The position numbers and the translations under genes are program-made. From the NCBI RefSeq assembly GCF_964019745.1, contig NZ_OZ026462.1, positions 304,620 through 336,619 on the forward strand: 32,000 nt of DNA, given 5' to 3'. This DNA comes from Candidatus Saccharimonadota bacterium. GTDB taxonomy: Bacteria; Pseudomonadota; Gammaproteobacteria; Burkholderiales; Burkholderiaceae. Shown here in pieces: positions 16,730 to 25,323 of this stretch (the first letter of the stretch is position 1; every line of letters begins with the position of its first letter). The notes beneath the pieces are model-generated. The model saw only the letters and a list, made by a program, of their open reading frames with translations, did no database searches and had not been told where the DNA came from.

Positions 16730-17310
16730 ATAAATTATAAAAATAAAAATATTTTTATATAATTAATTTATTAATGTTTATTATATTTTTAAAAAATATA
16801 TAAAATAATATTATTAAAAATTTTTTTAAAATTTAAATTTTTTTATTAAAAAATTTTTTAATTTTTTAATATTAAAAAAATTTTTTTTTAAAAATTTTTA
16901 ATAATAAAATTATGTTAAAAATACGATAAATAAATATTAAAATAAATAGCTATTAATTGATTATTATTAATAATATAATTATTATATAATAATATATAAA
17001 AAAATTTTTATATAATTTTTTATATTTATAAAAAAATTTATTTTTAATAATTTATAAAATAAATTATAAAAATTTAAAAAAAATTAATTTTTAAAATATT
17101 TATTAATAAATATATTTTAAATATATTTATAAATTAAATAATATAAAAATTAAATATATTATAAATATAAATATTATTAACATTTAATATATTTTTATAA
17201 TATATAAATTACTTTTAAAATTTTTATTAATATTTTTATATATAAATAAAAAATATTTTTTTTATTAAAAAATATATTTATATATAAAATATAAAATATA
17301 TAATATATTT

Positions 17311-17979
17311 TTATATAAAAATATTTTTTATAGGCCATTTTTTTATAAATGCATATTTTTTTAATTTTTTATTAGGATTTATAGCAATTGGATTACTAAC
17401 AATACTTAATAAAGGAATATCACTTTGAGAATCTGAATAAAAATAACTTTTTTTAAAATTATAAATAGTTTTATTTTTTTTTTTTAACCAATTACTAACA
17501 TTAATAATTTTTCCTATTCCATATGTTGGTTTATTTTTTAAATTTCCTGTAATAATACCTTTACTAGTTTTTTGAGGAATAGCAGCTATTAAATTTTTTA
17601 TATTAAATAATTGAGAAATAGGTTTTGTAATAATTTCATTAGTAGCTGTAACAATTATTATTATATCTCCATAATTTATATGTTTATTAATTAAATTTAA
17701 AGCTTCTTTTTTAATAGAAGGAATAATAATTTCTTCTATATAATTAGAAATTAATTCTTTTAATTCTAAATTAGAAAATTTAGAAAAAATATTAAAAATA
17801 AATTTTAAATATTTTTTAGCATTTAAATTACCTTTTAAATAACTTTGATACCAAAATTCATTAAATTTATGATAATCAATTATATTTACAATATTTTTTT
17901 TAATTAAAAATTTTCCCCATTCATAATCAGAATCAACAGTAATTAAAGTTTTATCTAAATCAAATAAACATAAATTCAT
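17311..17979 (-). CDS. HAD-superfamily subfamily IB hydrolase (SerB-like phosphatase), substrate unknown
   Basis: HAD motif I at the N-terminus (LCLFDLDKTLITVDSD), motif II-like IIIVTATN, and motif IV-like YSDSQSDIPLL. Size and cap region fit HAD-IB. Confidence 0.65.
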   Translation of the reverse strand: MNLCLFDLDKTLITVDSDYEWGKFLIKKNIVNIIDYHKFNEFWYQSYLKGNLNAKKYLKFIFNIFSKFSNLELKELISNYIEEIIIPSIKKEALNLINKHINYGDIIIIVTATNEIITKPISQLFNIKNLIAAIPQKTSKGIITGNLKNKPTYGIGKIINVSNWLKKKNKTIYNFKKSYFYSDSQSDIPLLSIVSNPIAINPNKKLKKYAFIKKWPIKNIFI

Positions 17980-18108
17980 GAATATTATTATTATAATAAA
18001 AATATTATTTATATAAATATATTTAATTAATATTATTTTAATTTAAAATTAATATTTTTTTAAAAATATTAATTTTAAATTAAAAAAAATATTTTTACAT
18101 TAAAAATA

Positions 18109-18789
18109 TTATTTAAAAATTTTTTTTATTTTTTTAAAAGCAATTTTAGCAGCCTCCTGTTCACTATTTTGTTTATTTTTTCCTTTTCCATAAGTTTTAA
18201 TATTTAAATCAGATATAAAACATTCTACATTAAATTTTAAACAATGAATTAAACCACTTATTTTTATTATTTTATAAGTAGGTAATAAATATTTATTTCT
18301 TTGTAAAAATTCTTGTAATTTTGTTTTAAAATCTTTATATAAAAAAAATTTTTTATTAAAATTTTTAATAAATAATTTATATAAAAAAAATATAACTCTT
18401 TTTGTAGATAAAAAATTAGAATCTAAAAAAATAGCACCAAATAAAGCTTCTAAAGTATTTGATAAAACAGAAATTTTAAATTTACCTCCTATTTGTATTT
18501 CACTTCCTCCAAGATATAAAAAATTTGCTAAATTTATTTTTAATGCTATTTTATATAAAGTTTTTTTATTTATTAAATATGATCTAAAATAAGATAAACT
18601 ACCTTCATTTTTTTCTTTAAATTTTTCAAATAAAAAATGAGTCATAACAAAATTTAAAATAGAATCTCCTAAAAATTCTAAACGCTCATTATTAATAATA
18701 TTGTAACTACTATGTATTAAAGATATTTTTAATAATTTAATATTTTTAAAAAAATATTTAATTCTATTTTGTAAAGTAAATAAAAGCAT
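18109..18789 (-). CDS. rnc: Ribonuclease III
   Basis: RNase III signature NERLEFLGDSILNFV, a second catalytic region LSNTLEALFGAIFLD, and a C-terminal dsRBD ending GKGKNKQNSEQEAAKIAFKKI. Confidence 0.9.
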   Translation of the reverse strand: MLLFTLQNRIKYFFKNIKLLKISLIHSSYNIINNERLEFLGDSILNFVMTHFLFEKFKEKNEGSLSYFRSYLINKKTLYKIALKINLANFLYLGGSEIQIGGKFKISVLSNTLEALFGAIFLDSNFLSTKRVIFFLYKLFIKNFNKKFFLYKDFKTKLQEFLQRNKYLLPTYKIIKISGLIHCLKFNVECFISDLNIKTYGKGKNKQNSEQEAAKIAFKKIKKIFK

Positions 18790-18875
18790 TTTAAACTTAA
18801 AATATTCTTTATTATATAATAATATTTTTATTTATAAAATATTAATAAAAATTTATACAATTAAGTGTAAAAATA

Positions 18876-20663
18876 TTAATTTATTTTTAAAATAGATAAA
18901 AAAACTTCTTGAGGTATTTTTATTAAACCTATTTTTTTCATTTTTTTTTTTCCAATTTTCTGTTTTTCTAATAATTTATGTTTACGTGTAATATCACCAC
19001 CATAGCATTTAGAAATTACATTTTTTCTTAAAGCTTTAATATTTTTTTTAAGAATTATTTTTTTTCCTATTGATGCTTGTATAGAAATTTCAAACATTTG
19101 TTTTAACATTATTTTTTGAATTTTTTTTATTATTTTATTAGCTAAGAGATAACTTTTACTGCGATGAACCATAATAGATAATGGATCAATTATATTTTTA
19201 TTAATTAATATATCAACTTTTACTATATCAGATTTTTTATATTTTTTAAATTTATAATTCATAGAAGCATAACCATTAGTAATAGATTTAATAATATTTA
19301 TAAAATTAAAAATAATTTCAGACATAGGTATTTCATATATTAATTCAACATATTTATTATAATAAATAATATTTTTTTGAATACCCCTTTTTTCAAAACA
19401 TAATTTTATTATTAATCCAATATATTTTTTAGGAATATATAAATTTACTAAAGCTATAGGTTCCATAATATATTTTATTAATAAAATATTAGGTATTTTT
19501 GTTGGATCATCAATTTTAATAATGGAATTATCTTTTTTAATAATTTTATATAATACTGTAGGTGCAGTAATAATTAAATTAATATTAAATTCACGCATTA
19601 AACGTTCTTGTATTATTTCCATATGAAATAAACCTAAAAATCCACATCTAAAACCTAAACCTAAAATTTTTGAAAAAGTAGATTTATATTTGAAAGATGA
19701 ATCATTTAATTGAAGTTTTTTTAAAGATTCTTTAGCAATAGAATATTGATTTATATCAATAGGAAAAAAATTAGAAAATACTTGATGTTGTATTTTTTTA
19801 AATCCAGGCAATTGTTTATTAGTTTTATTATTTAATAATGTTATTGTATCTCCAATTTTAGCAGAATTTAAATTTTTTATATTAGCAATAATAAACCCAA
19901 CATTTCCCGCAGTTAATTTTAAACAATTTTTAGAATTTGGTAAAAAAATTCCTAAATTTATAACAGTATAAATAGAATTTGTTGACATTAAAAGAATTTT
20001 ATCTTTTAAATTTAAAATTCCATTAAAAATACGTACTAAAATTATAACACCAACATATTTATTAAACCAAGAATCAAATATTAAAGCTTGTAAAGGAAAA
20101 GATAAATTACCATTTGGAGCAGGAATTTCTAAAACAATAGTTTCCAAAATATTTCTTATACCAAAACCAGTTTTTGCAGAACAATGAATAAATTTTTCAG
20201 ATTTAATATTTAAAATTTTTTCTATTTCTTTTTTAATTAAATCTAAATTTAAATATAATAAATCAATTTTATTTAATATAGGAATAATTTTTATTTTTAA
20301 ATCTAAGGCCATATAATAATTAGATATAGTTTGTGCTTCTATTCCTTGAGAAGCATCTATAATAAGTAATGCTCCTTCACATGCAGATAAAGATTTATTA
20401 ACTTCATAATTAAAATCTGTATGTCCAGGAGTATCTATTAAATTAAAATTATAAATTTTATTATTTAAAGCTTTATATTTTAAAAATACCGTTTGTGCTT
20501 TAATTGTAATTCCTCTTTCTTTTTCAATATCCATTGAATCAAGAACTTGATTAAGAGAATTTTTTTTCATAGAAATATTACAAAATTCTATTATACGATC
20601 TGCTAAAGTTGATTTACCATGATCTATATGAGCAATAATAGAAAAATTACGAATATTTTTCAT
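18876..20663 (-). CDS. lepA: Elongation factor 4 (translational GTPase LepA)
   Basis: IRNFSIIAHIDHGKSTLADR, DTPGHTDF, and NKIDL. The LepA-specific C-terminal region (CYGGDITRKHKLLEKQKIGKKKMKKIG) is present. Confidence 0.95.
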   Translation of the reverse strand: MKNIRNFSIIAHIDHGKSTLADRIIEFCNISMKKNSLNQVLDSMDIEKERGITIKAQTVFLKYKALNNKIYNFNLIDTPGHTDFNYEVNKSLSACEGALLIIDASQGIEAQTISNYYMALDLKIKIIPILNKIDLLYLNLDLIKKEIEKILNIKSEKFIHCSAKTGFGIRNILETIVLEIPAPNGNLSFPLQALIFDSWFNKYVGVIILVRIFNGILNLKDKILLMSTNSIYTVINLGIFLPNSKNCLKLTAGNVGFIIANIKNLNSAKIGDTITLLNNKTNKQLPGFKKIQHQVFSNFFPIDINQYSIAKESLKKLQLNDSSFKYKSTFSKILGLGFRCGFLGLFHMEIIQERLMREFNINLIITAPTVLYKIIKKDNSIIKIDDPTKIPNILLIKYIMEPIALVNLYIPKKYIGLIIKLCFEKRGIQKNIIYYNKYVELIYEIPMSEIIFNFINIIKSITNGYASMNYKFKKYKKSDIVKVDILINKNIIDPLSIMVHRSKSYLLANKIIKKIQKIMLKQMFEISIQASIGKKIILKKNIKALRKNVISKCYGGDITRKHKLLEKQKIGKKKMKKIGLIKIPQEVFLSILKIN

Positions 20664-20728
20664 TTTTTTTTAAATAATTTTTTTTATTTTATATAAAAAT
20701 ATAAATATTTTTTTAAAAAAAATAAAAA

Positions 20729-21964
20729 TTAAATTTTTTTAAAAATTAATGTTCCATTAACTCCTCCAAAACCCCAAGAATTTTTCATAGCAAAATTTAT
20801 TTTTAATTTACGAAATTTATTTGCGCAATAATCTAAATCACATTCTTTATCTTGAGAAAAAATATTAATAGTTGGAGGAGAAATTTGATAATATAAAGCT
20901 AAAACAGTAATAATAGATTCTATTCCTGCAGATGCCCCTAATAAATGTCCAGTCATAGACTTTGTAGAATTTATTATTATATCATATGCATATTTTTTAA
21001 ATACCATTTTAATAACATCAGTTTCTTTTTTATCTCCAATTTTTGTTGATGTTCCATGAGCATTAATATATTGAATATCACATGAATTTATATTTGCATC
21101 TAATAAAGCTAAATTAATAGAATTAACTAAACCTTCAATTTTAGGATTAGTAATATGAAAAGCATCATTAGTCATACCAAAGCCTAATAATTCTGCATAA
21201 ATTTTAGCATTTCTTAATTTTGCATGTTCATATTCTTCTAAAATCATTACCCCAGAACCTTCACCTAAAACAAATCCATCTCTATTTTTATCCCAAGGAC
21301 GAGAAGCTGTTTTATAATCATTATTACGTTTAGATAAAGCTCCAATTGAAAAAAAACTACTAATACATAAAGGAGTAATACTAGCTTCTGATCCTCCAGC
21401 AATTATAATATCAGCATCTCCATATTGAATCATACGAAATGCTAAACCTATACAATGTAAAGCAGTAGTACAACCATTTGTTATTGATAAATTAGGTCCT
21501 TTAAATCCATATTTAATTGATAAATTTGCAGAAATCATATTTATAATAGAAGAAGTAATAAAAAATGGATTAATTTTATAAAAATTATTAAATAAAAAAT
21601 TTTTATAAGTTTTTTCAAATATTGAAATCCCACCAAAACCTGAACCTATAATAATTCCTACACGATTTTTATCAATATTTAAAATATCTAAATTAGAATT
21701 TTTTATTGCTTGTATCCCAGAAGCTATACCAAAGTGCACAAATCTATCTATACATCTAGAATTTTTTACAGAAATATAATTATTAATATTAAAATTTTTT
21801 ACTTCACCTGCAAATTTTATAGGTATTAAAGAAGTATCAAATTTTTTTATAATATTTATACCAGATTTCCCTTTTTTAATAGAATTCCACATTTTTTTTA
21901 CAGAATTACCTACTGGAGAAATACATCCTAAACCTGTTATAACTATTCTACGTTTTTTTAACAC
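20729..21964 (-). CDS. fabF: 3-oxoacyl-[acyl-carrier-protein] synthase II
   Basis: RRIVITGLGCISPVGN N-terminus, active-site Cys context ITNGCTTALHCIG, catalytic His contexts (NAHGTST, GHLLGASAG), and C-terminal NSWGFGGVNGTLIF. Confidence 0.93.
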   Translation of the reverse strand: MLKKRRIVITGLGCISPVGNSVKKMWNSIKKGKSGINIIKKFDTSLIPIKFAGEVKNFNINNYISVKNSRCIDRFVHFGIASGIQAIKNSNLDILNIDKNRVGIIIGSGFGGISIFEKTYKNFLFNNFYKINPFFITSSIINMISANLSIKYGFKGPNLSITNGCTTALHCIGLAFRMIQYGDADIIIAGGSEASITPLCISSFFSIGALSKRNNDYKTASRPWDKNRDGFVLGEGSGVMILEEYEHAKLRNAKIYAELLGFGMTNDAFHITNPKIEGLVNSINLALLDANINSCDIQYINAHGTSTKIGDKKETDVIKMVFKKYAYDIIINSTKSMTGHLLGASAGIESIITVLALYYQISPPTINIFSQDKECDLDYCANKFRKLKINFAMKNSWGFGGVNGTLIFKKI

Positions 21965-22226
21965 AATTTTTATTATTTTTTTTATATTTTTTTTTTAATT
22001 TTTTTTTAATAAATGAAATAACTTTTGAAGAAGTAGTTAATTCTTCAATATTTTTATCTGTAAAATAAACATCAAATTTATTTTCAAAAGCCATAAATAA
22101 TTCCATTATATCTAATGAATCAGCGCAATAATCTTGCGTAAAAATATAATTTATATTTATTCTATTTTTTAAATATTCAAATTGATTAGCAACTATTTCT
22201 TTTACAATATCTTCAACATCTATCAT
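21948..22226 (-). CDS. acpP: Acyl carrier protein with a Lys-rich C-terminal extension
   Basis: Phosphopantetheine attachment motif CADSLDIMELFMAFENKF. At 92 aa it is longer than the typical ~78. The tail KKKLKKKYKKNNKNCVKKT overlaps the fabF start by 17 nt. Stop codon is TAG. Confidence 0.85.
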   Translation of the reverse strand: MIDVEDIVKEIVANQFEYLKNRININYIFTQDYCADSLDIMELFMAFENKFDVYFTDKNIEELTTSSKVISFIKKKLKKKYKKNNKNCVKKT

Positions 22227-22426
22227 AAATTTTTATAAAAAAAAAATTTTATTATATTAAAAATAATATTTTTGTTTAAATATTTTTAATAAAATAAAAA
22301 AATTAAAAAATATATATTTATTATTTTTTTTTAATATATTACATATATATAATATATAAATATATTATATAAAACATTTTATAAAAAATAAATAAAAATA
22401 TTTTTTATAAAATATAAATAAAAATA

Positions 22427-22609
22427 TTATTTTTTATTTTTTATACAAAAAATTCTTTTTTTTCTATAAAACCCTTTTTTTGAAATATGATGTCTAATAT
22501 GTATTTCATTACTTATTTTATTTATAGATAAAGAATTAATTTTTAAATTATCATGTGAACGACGCATACCTCTTTTAGAAGGTGTTTTTTTATTTTGTTG
22601 TACTGCCAT
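22427..22609 (-). CDS. rpmF: 50S ribosomal protein L32
   Basis: [20 protein letters not shown] is the canonical L32 N-terminus. Confidence 0.9.
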   Translation of the reverse strand: MAVQQNKKTPSKRGMRRSHDNLKINSLSINKISNEIHIRHHISKKGFYRKKRIFCIKNKK

Positions 22610-23497
22610 ATAAACAATATATAAAAAATAAATTATTAAATAATTTTTAATTATTTAATAAATTTATATTATAATTAATATAATATTATTAAAAATAATT
22701 TAATAATAATTTTATTTAAAAAATATCTAAAATATTATAAATAAATTTATTATTTATATAAATAATATTTAAATATATTTTTATAAAAAAATATAATATT
22801 AATATTATTATTATATTTATAAATTTAAATTTTAATTATTTATATTTTACAAAAATATTTTTTAAATTTAAATTGTTAAAATATTTATTTATATTAATTA
22901 ATTTATTTTAAATTTTATATTATAATAATTTATAATTAATTAAAATTATAATATTAATAATTAAAAATAAAATATTATATAATATAATAATAAAAATATA
23001 ATATAATATTATTTTTAAATATAAAAATAATATTTTAAATATTTAATTAAATTAATATTATAAATATTTTTATTAATTTTAAAAAATTTTATTATTATTA
23101 AATAATTATATTTTTTAAATTAAAATTATAATTTTTAATTATTAAAATAATATTTAATAATAATTATTTTAAATAATTTTTTATTTTTTTTTAAAATAAA
23201 TAAATATTATTTATATTTAAAAATTTTATTTATTTAATAATAAAATTATATTTTATATAAAATTTTTAAAAAAAATATAATATTAAAATATATAAATATT
23301 ATTTAATAAATTTTAAATTTTTTTAAAATTTAATATTATTTATTATAAAAAATAATTATTTAATATAATAAATTATTAATTTATTATTAATATAAATTTT
23401 ATTTAAAATAATTATAAAAATTTTTTTAAAAAATATATATTTTATATAATATATTTTTTATATTTATTTTTAATAAAATTAAATAATTAATATAAAT

Positions 23498-23884
23498 ATG
23501 ATAAATAATAATTTAAAAAAAAGTCTTATTTTATTATCACATGGTTCTAAAAACAAAAATTGGATAAAAATATTTAAAAAAATAAAAAAAATAATAAAAT
23601 TAAATATAAATACTATAAATATATATTTAGCTTTTTTAACAAAAACTAAACCAAATATTTATACTGTTATTAAAAATAATATCAAATTAAAAATTAATAA
23701 AATAATAATTATTCCTATATTTCTTAGTAACGGTTTACATATTAAAAAAGATTTACCAAAAATAATCAAAAAAATTAAGAAAAAATATAGTTTAAATATT
23801 AAAATTTGTGATATAATTACAAAAGATAAAAAAATTTTATTAGCTATTGCAAAATATTGTATTAAAGAATATATTAAAAATTAA
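23498..23884 (+). CDS. cbiX: Small CbiX-type sirohydrochlorin chelatase (probable ferrochelatase for siroheme)
   Basis: 128 aa with LILLSHGSKNKNW (HGS motif) and IIIIPIFLSNGLHIKKDLP (PxFLxxGxH), as in CbiX(S)/SirB. It converges on cobA, and the two stop codons share TTAA at 23881-23884. Confidence 0.7.
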   Translation: MINNNLKKSLILLSHGSKNKNWIKIFKKIKKIIKLNINTINIYLAFLTKTKPNIYTVIKNNIKLKINKIIIIPIFLSNGLHIKKDLPKIIKKIKKKYSLNIKICDIITKDKKILLAIAKYCIKEYIKN

Positions 23885-24600
23885 TAATTTTTTAAAGAAT
23901 TTCCTATTATAATAATTACAGGTTTAGTAAAATTACTTATAACATTTTTTAAAAATTTTAATTTTAAATAAAAAATAGATTCATTATAATAACTACAATT
24001 TTCAATAATAATTATTGGAGTGTGTTCATTATATCCAATAGTTATTAATTTATTAATAATTTTTTTAATATTTTTACCACTCATATATTGTATTAAAGTA
24101 CAATTATTTTGACAATACTTTATATATTTTTTTTTAGTAAAAGTTGTAGTAAATAAAGATATACTTCTACAAATATTTCTTTTAGTTAAAGGTCGTCTAG
24201 AAGAAGATGCAGCAGCTAAAGCTGAAGTTATCCCAGGAATAATTTCATATGGAATATAATATTTTTCTAAAATTTTTAATTCTTCATTTATTCTACTAAA
24301 AATCATAGGATCTCCAGATTTTAATCTTACAATAAAATTATAATGAAAAGCAAAATATATTAAATATTCATTTATTATTTTTTGTGTAATATGTTTTTCA
24401 TTTTTTTTTTTTCCTACAAATATTTTTTTAGAATTTGGAGAAAAATTTAAAATTTTTTTAAAAATTAAAGCATCATATAAAATAATATCAGTTTTAATTA
24501 AAATATTGTAACCCCTAATAGTAATTAGATCAATTGCGCCAGGCCCTGCGCCAATAAAAAAAATTTTACTTATAGGGGTTAAATTAGAATATTTAAACAA
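23881..24600 (-). CDS. cobA: Uroporphyrinogen-III C-methyltransferase (SUMT)
   Basis: FIGAGPGAIDLITIRGYNILIKTDIILYDAL, LKSGDPMIFSRINEE, and IPGITSALAAAS motifs. Apparent TTG start at 24600. Confidence 0.88.
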   Translation of the reverse strand: MFKYSNLTPISKIFFIGAGPGAIDLITIRGYNILIKTDIILYDALIFKKILNFSPNSKKIFVGKKKNEKHITQKIINEYLIYFAFHYNFIVRLKSGDPMIFSRINEELKILEKYYIPYEIIPGITSALAAASSSRRPLTKRNICRSISLFTTTFTKKKYIKYCQNNCTLIQYMSGKNIKKIINKLITIGYNEHTPIIIIENCSYYNESIFYLKLKFLKNVISNFTKPVIIIIGNSLKNY

Positions 24601-24660
24601 AATAAAAATTTATATAAAAAATATTAATCATAATTTAAAATATTTTATAATAGTTATTAT

Positions 24661-24966
24661 ATTAAATATTAAATATTAAACATTAAACATTAAACATTAA
24701 ACATTAAACATTAAACATTAAATATTAAATATTAAATATTAAATATTAAACATTAAATGTTAAATATTGAATATTAAATATTGAATATTAAATATTGAAT
24801 GTTAAATATTGAATGTTAAATATTAAATGTTAAATATTAAATATTAAATATTAAATGTTAAATATTAAATATTAAATATTAAGTATTAAGTATTAAATAT
24901 TAAATATTAAATATTAAATATTAAATATTAAATATTAAATATTAAATATTAAATATTGAATATTAA
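24661..24966. repeat. Heptanucleotide satellite, unit ATTAAAT, about 43 phased copies with transition variants (ATTAAAC, ATTGAAT, GTTAAAT, ATTAAGT) arranged in blocks
   Basis: Direct reading: the 7-nt phase is kept from 24661 (for example, 6 consecutive ATTAAAC units at 24675-24716 and a run of perfect ATTAAAT at about 24890-24955). Confidence 0.9.
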
Positions 24967-24987
24967 TATATTAAAAAAAATAAAAAA

Positions 24988-25030
24988 ATTATAATTATAA
25001 TTATAATTATAATTATAATTATAATTATTA
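24988..25030. repeat. (ATAATT)n hexanucleotide repeat, about 6-7 units
   Basis: Direct reading of attataattataattataattataattataattataattatta. Confidence 0.9.
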
Positions 25031-25245
25031 TATTAAATATTAAATATTAATATTAAAATATTAATATTAAAATATTAATATTAAAATATTAAAATATTAT
25101 TATTTAATAAATACTATTATTTAAATATTATTATTTAAATACTATTATTTAAATACTATTATTTAAATATTATTATTAAAATATTAATATTAAAATATAT
25201 TAATATTAATATTAAAATATTAAAATATTAATATATTAAAAGAAT
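25031..25245. repeat. Series of about 14-bp tandem units (AATATTAATATTAA-type, then ATACTATTATTTAA/ATATTATTATTTAA-type, then AATATT/AAAATATT mixtures)
   Basis: Direct reading: aatattaatattaa x3 around 25040-25085, and (a/t)actattatttaaat x5 around 25110-25175. Boundaries are approximate. Confidence 0.75.
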
Positions 25246-25246
25246 A

Positions 25247-25311
25247 ATTACTACTATTATTGCTATTATTATCATCATTATTATTATTATTATTAATATT
25301 ATTATTATTTT
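25247..25311. repeat. Trinucleotide (ATT)n tract with ACT/GCT/ATC variants
   Basis: Direct reading: att act act att att gct att att atc atc att att att att att att aat att att att att. Confidence 0.85.
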
Positions 25312-25323
25312 AAAAAATTATAA

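Noticed and set aside
22610-23497. Canonical oriC in the long A/T spacers (also 6061-6617 and 16715-17310)
   Set aside because: No DnaA-box consensus (TTATCCACA-like) can exist in stretches lacking C/G. None of dnaA, dnaN, gyrB, rpmH or gidA is nearby. Only a non-canonical unwinding role remains as speculation.
24661-25312. Possible CRISPR array or coding low-complexity gene in the repeat region
   Set aside because: Units are 3-14 bp, directly abutting with no unique spacers. No cas genes and no palindromic 24-40-bp repeat are present. This is satellite DNA, not CRISPR.
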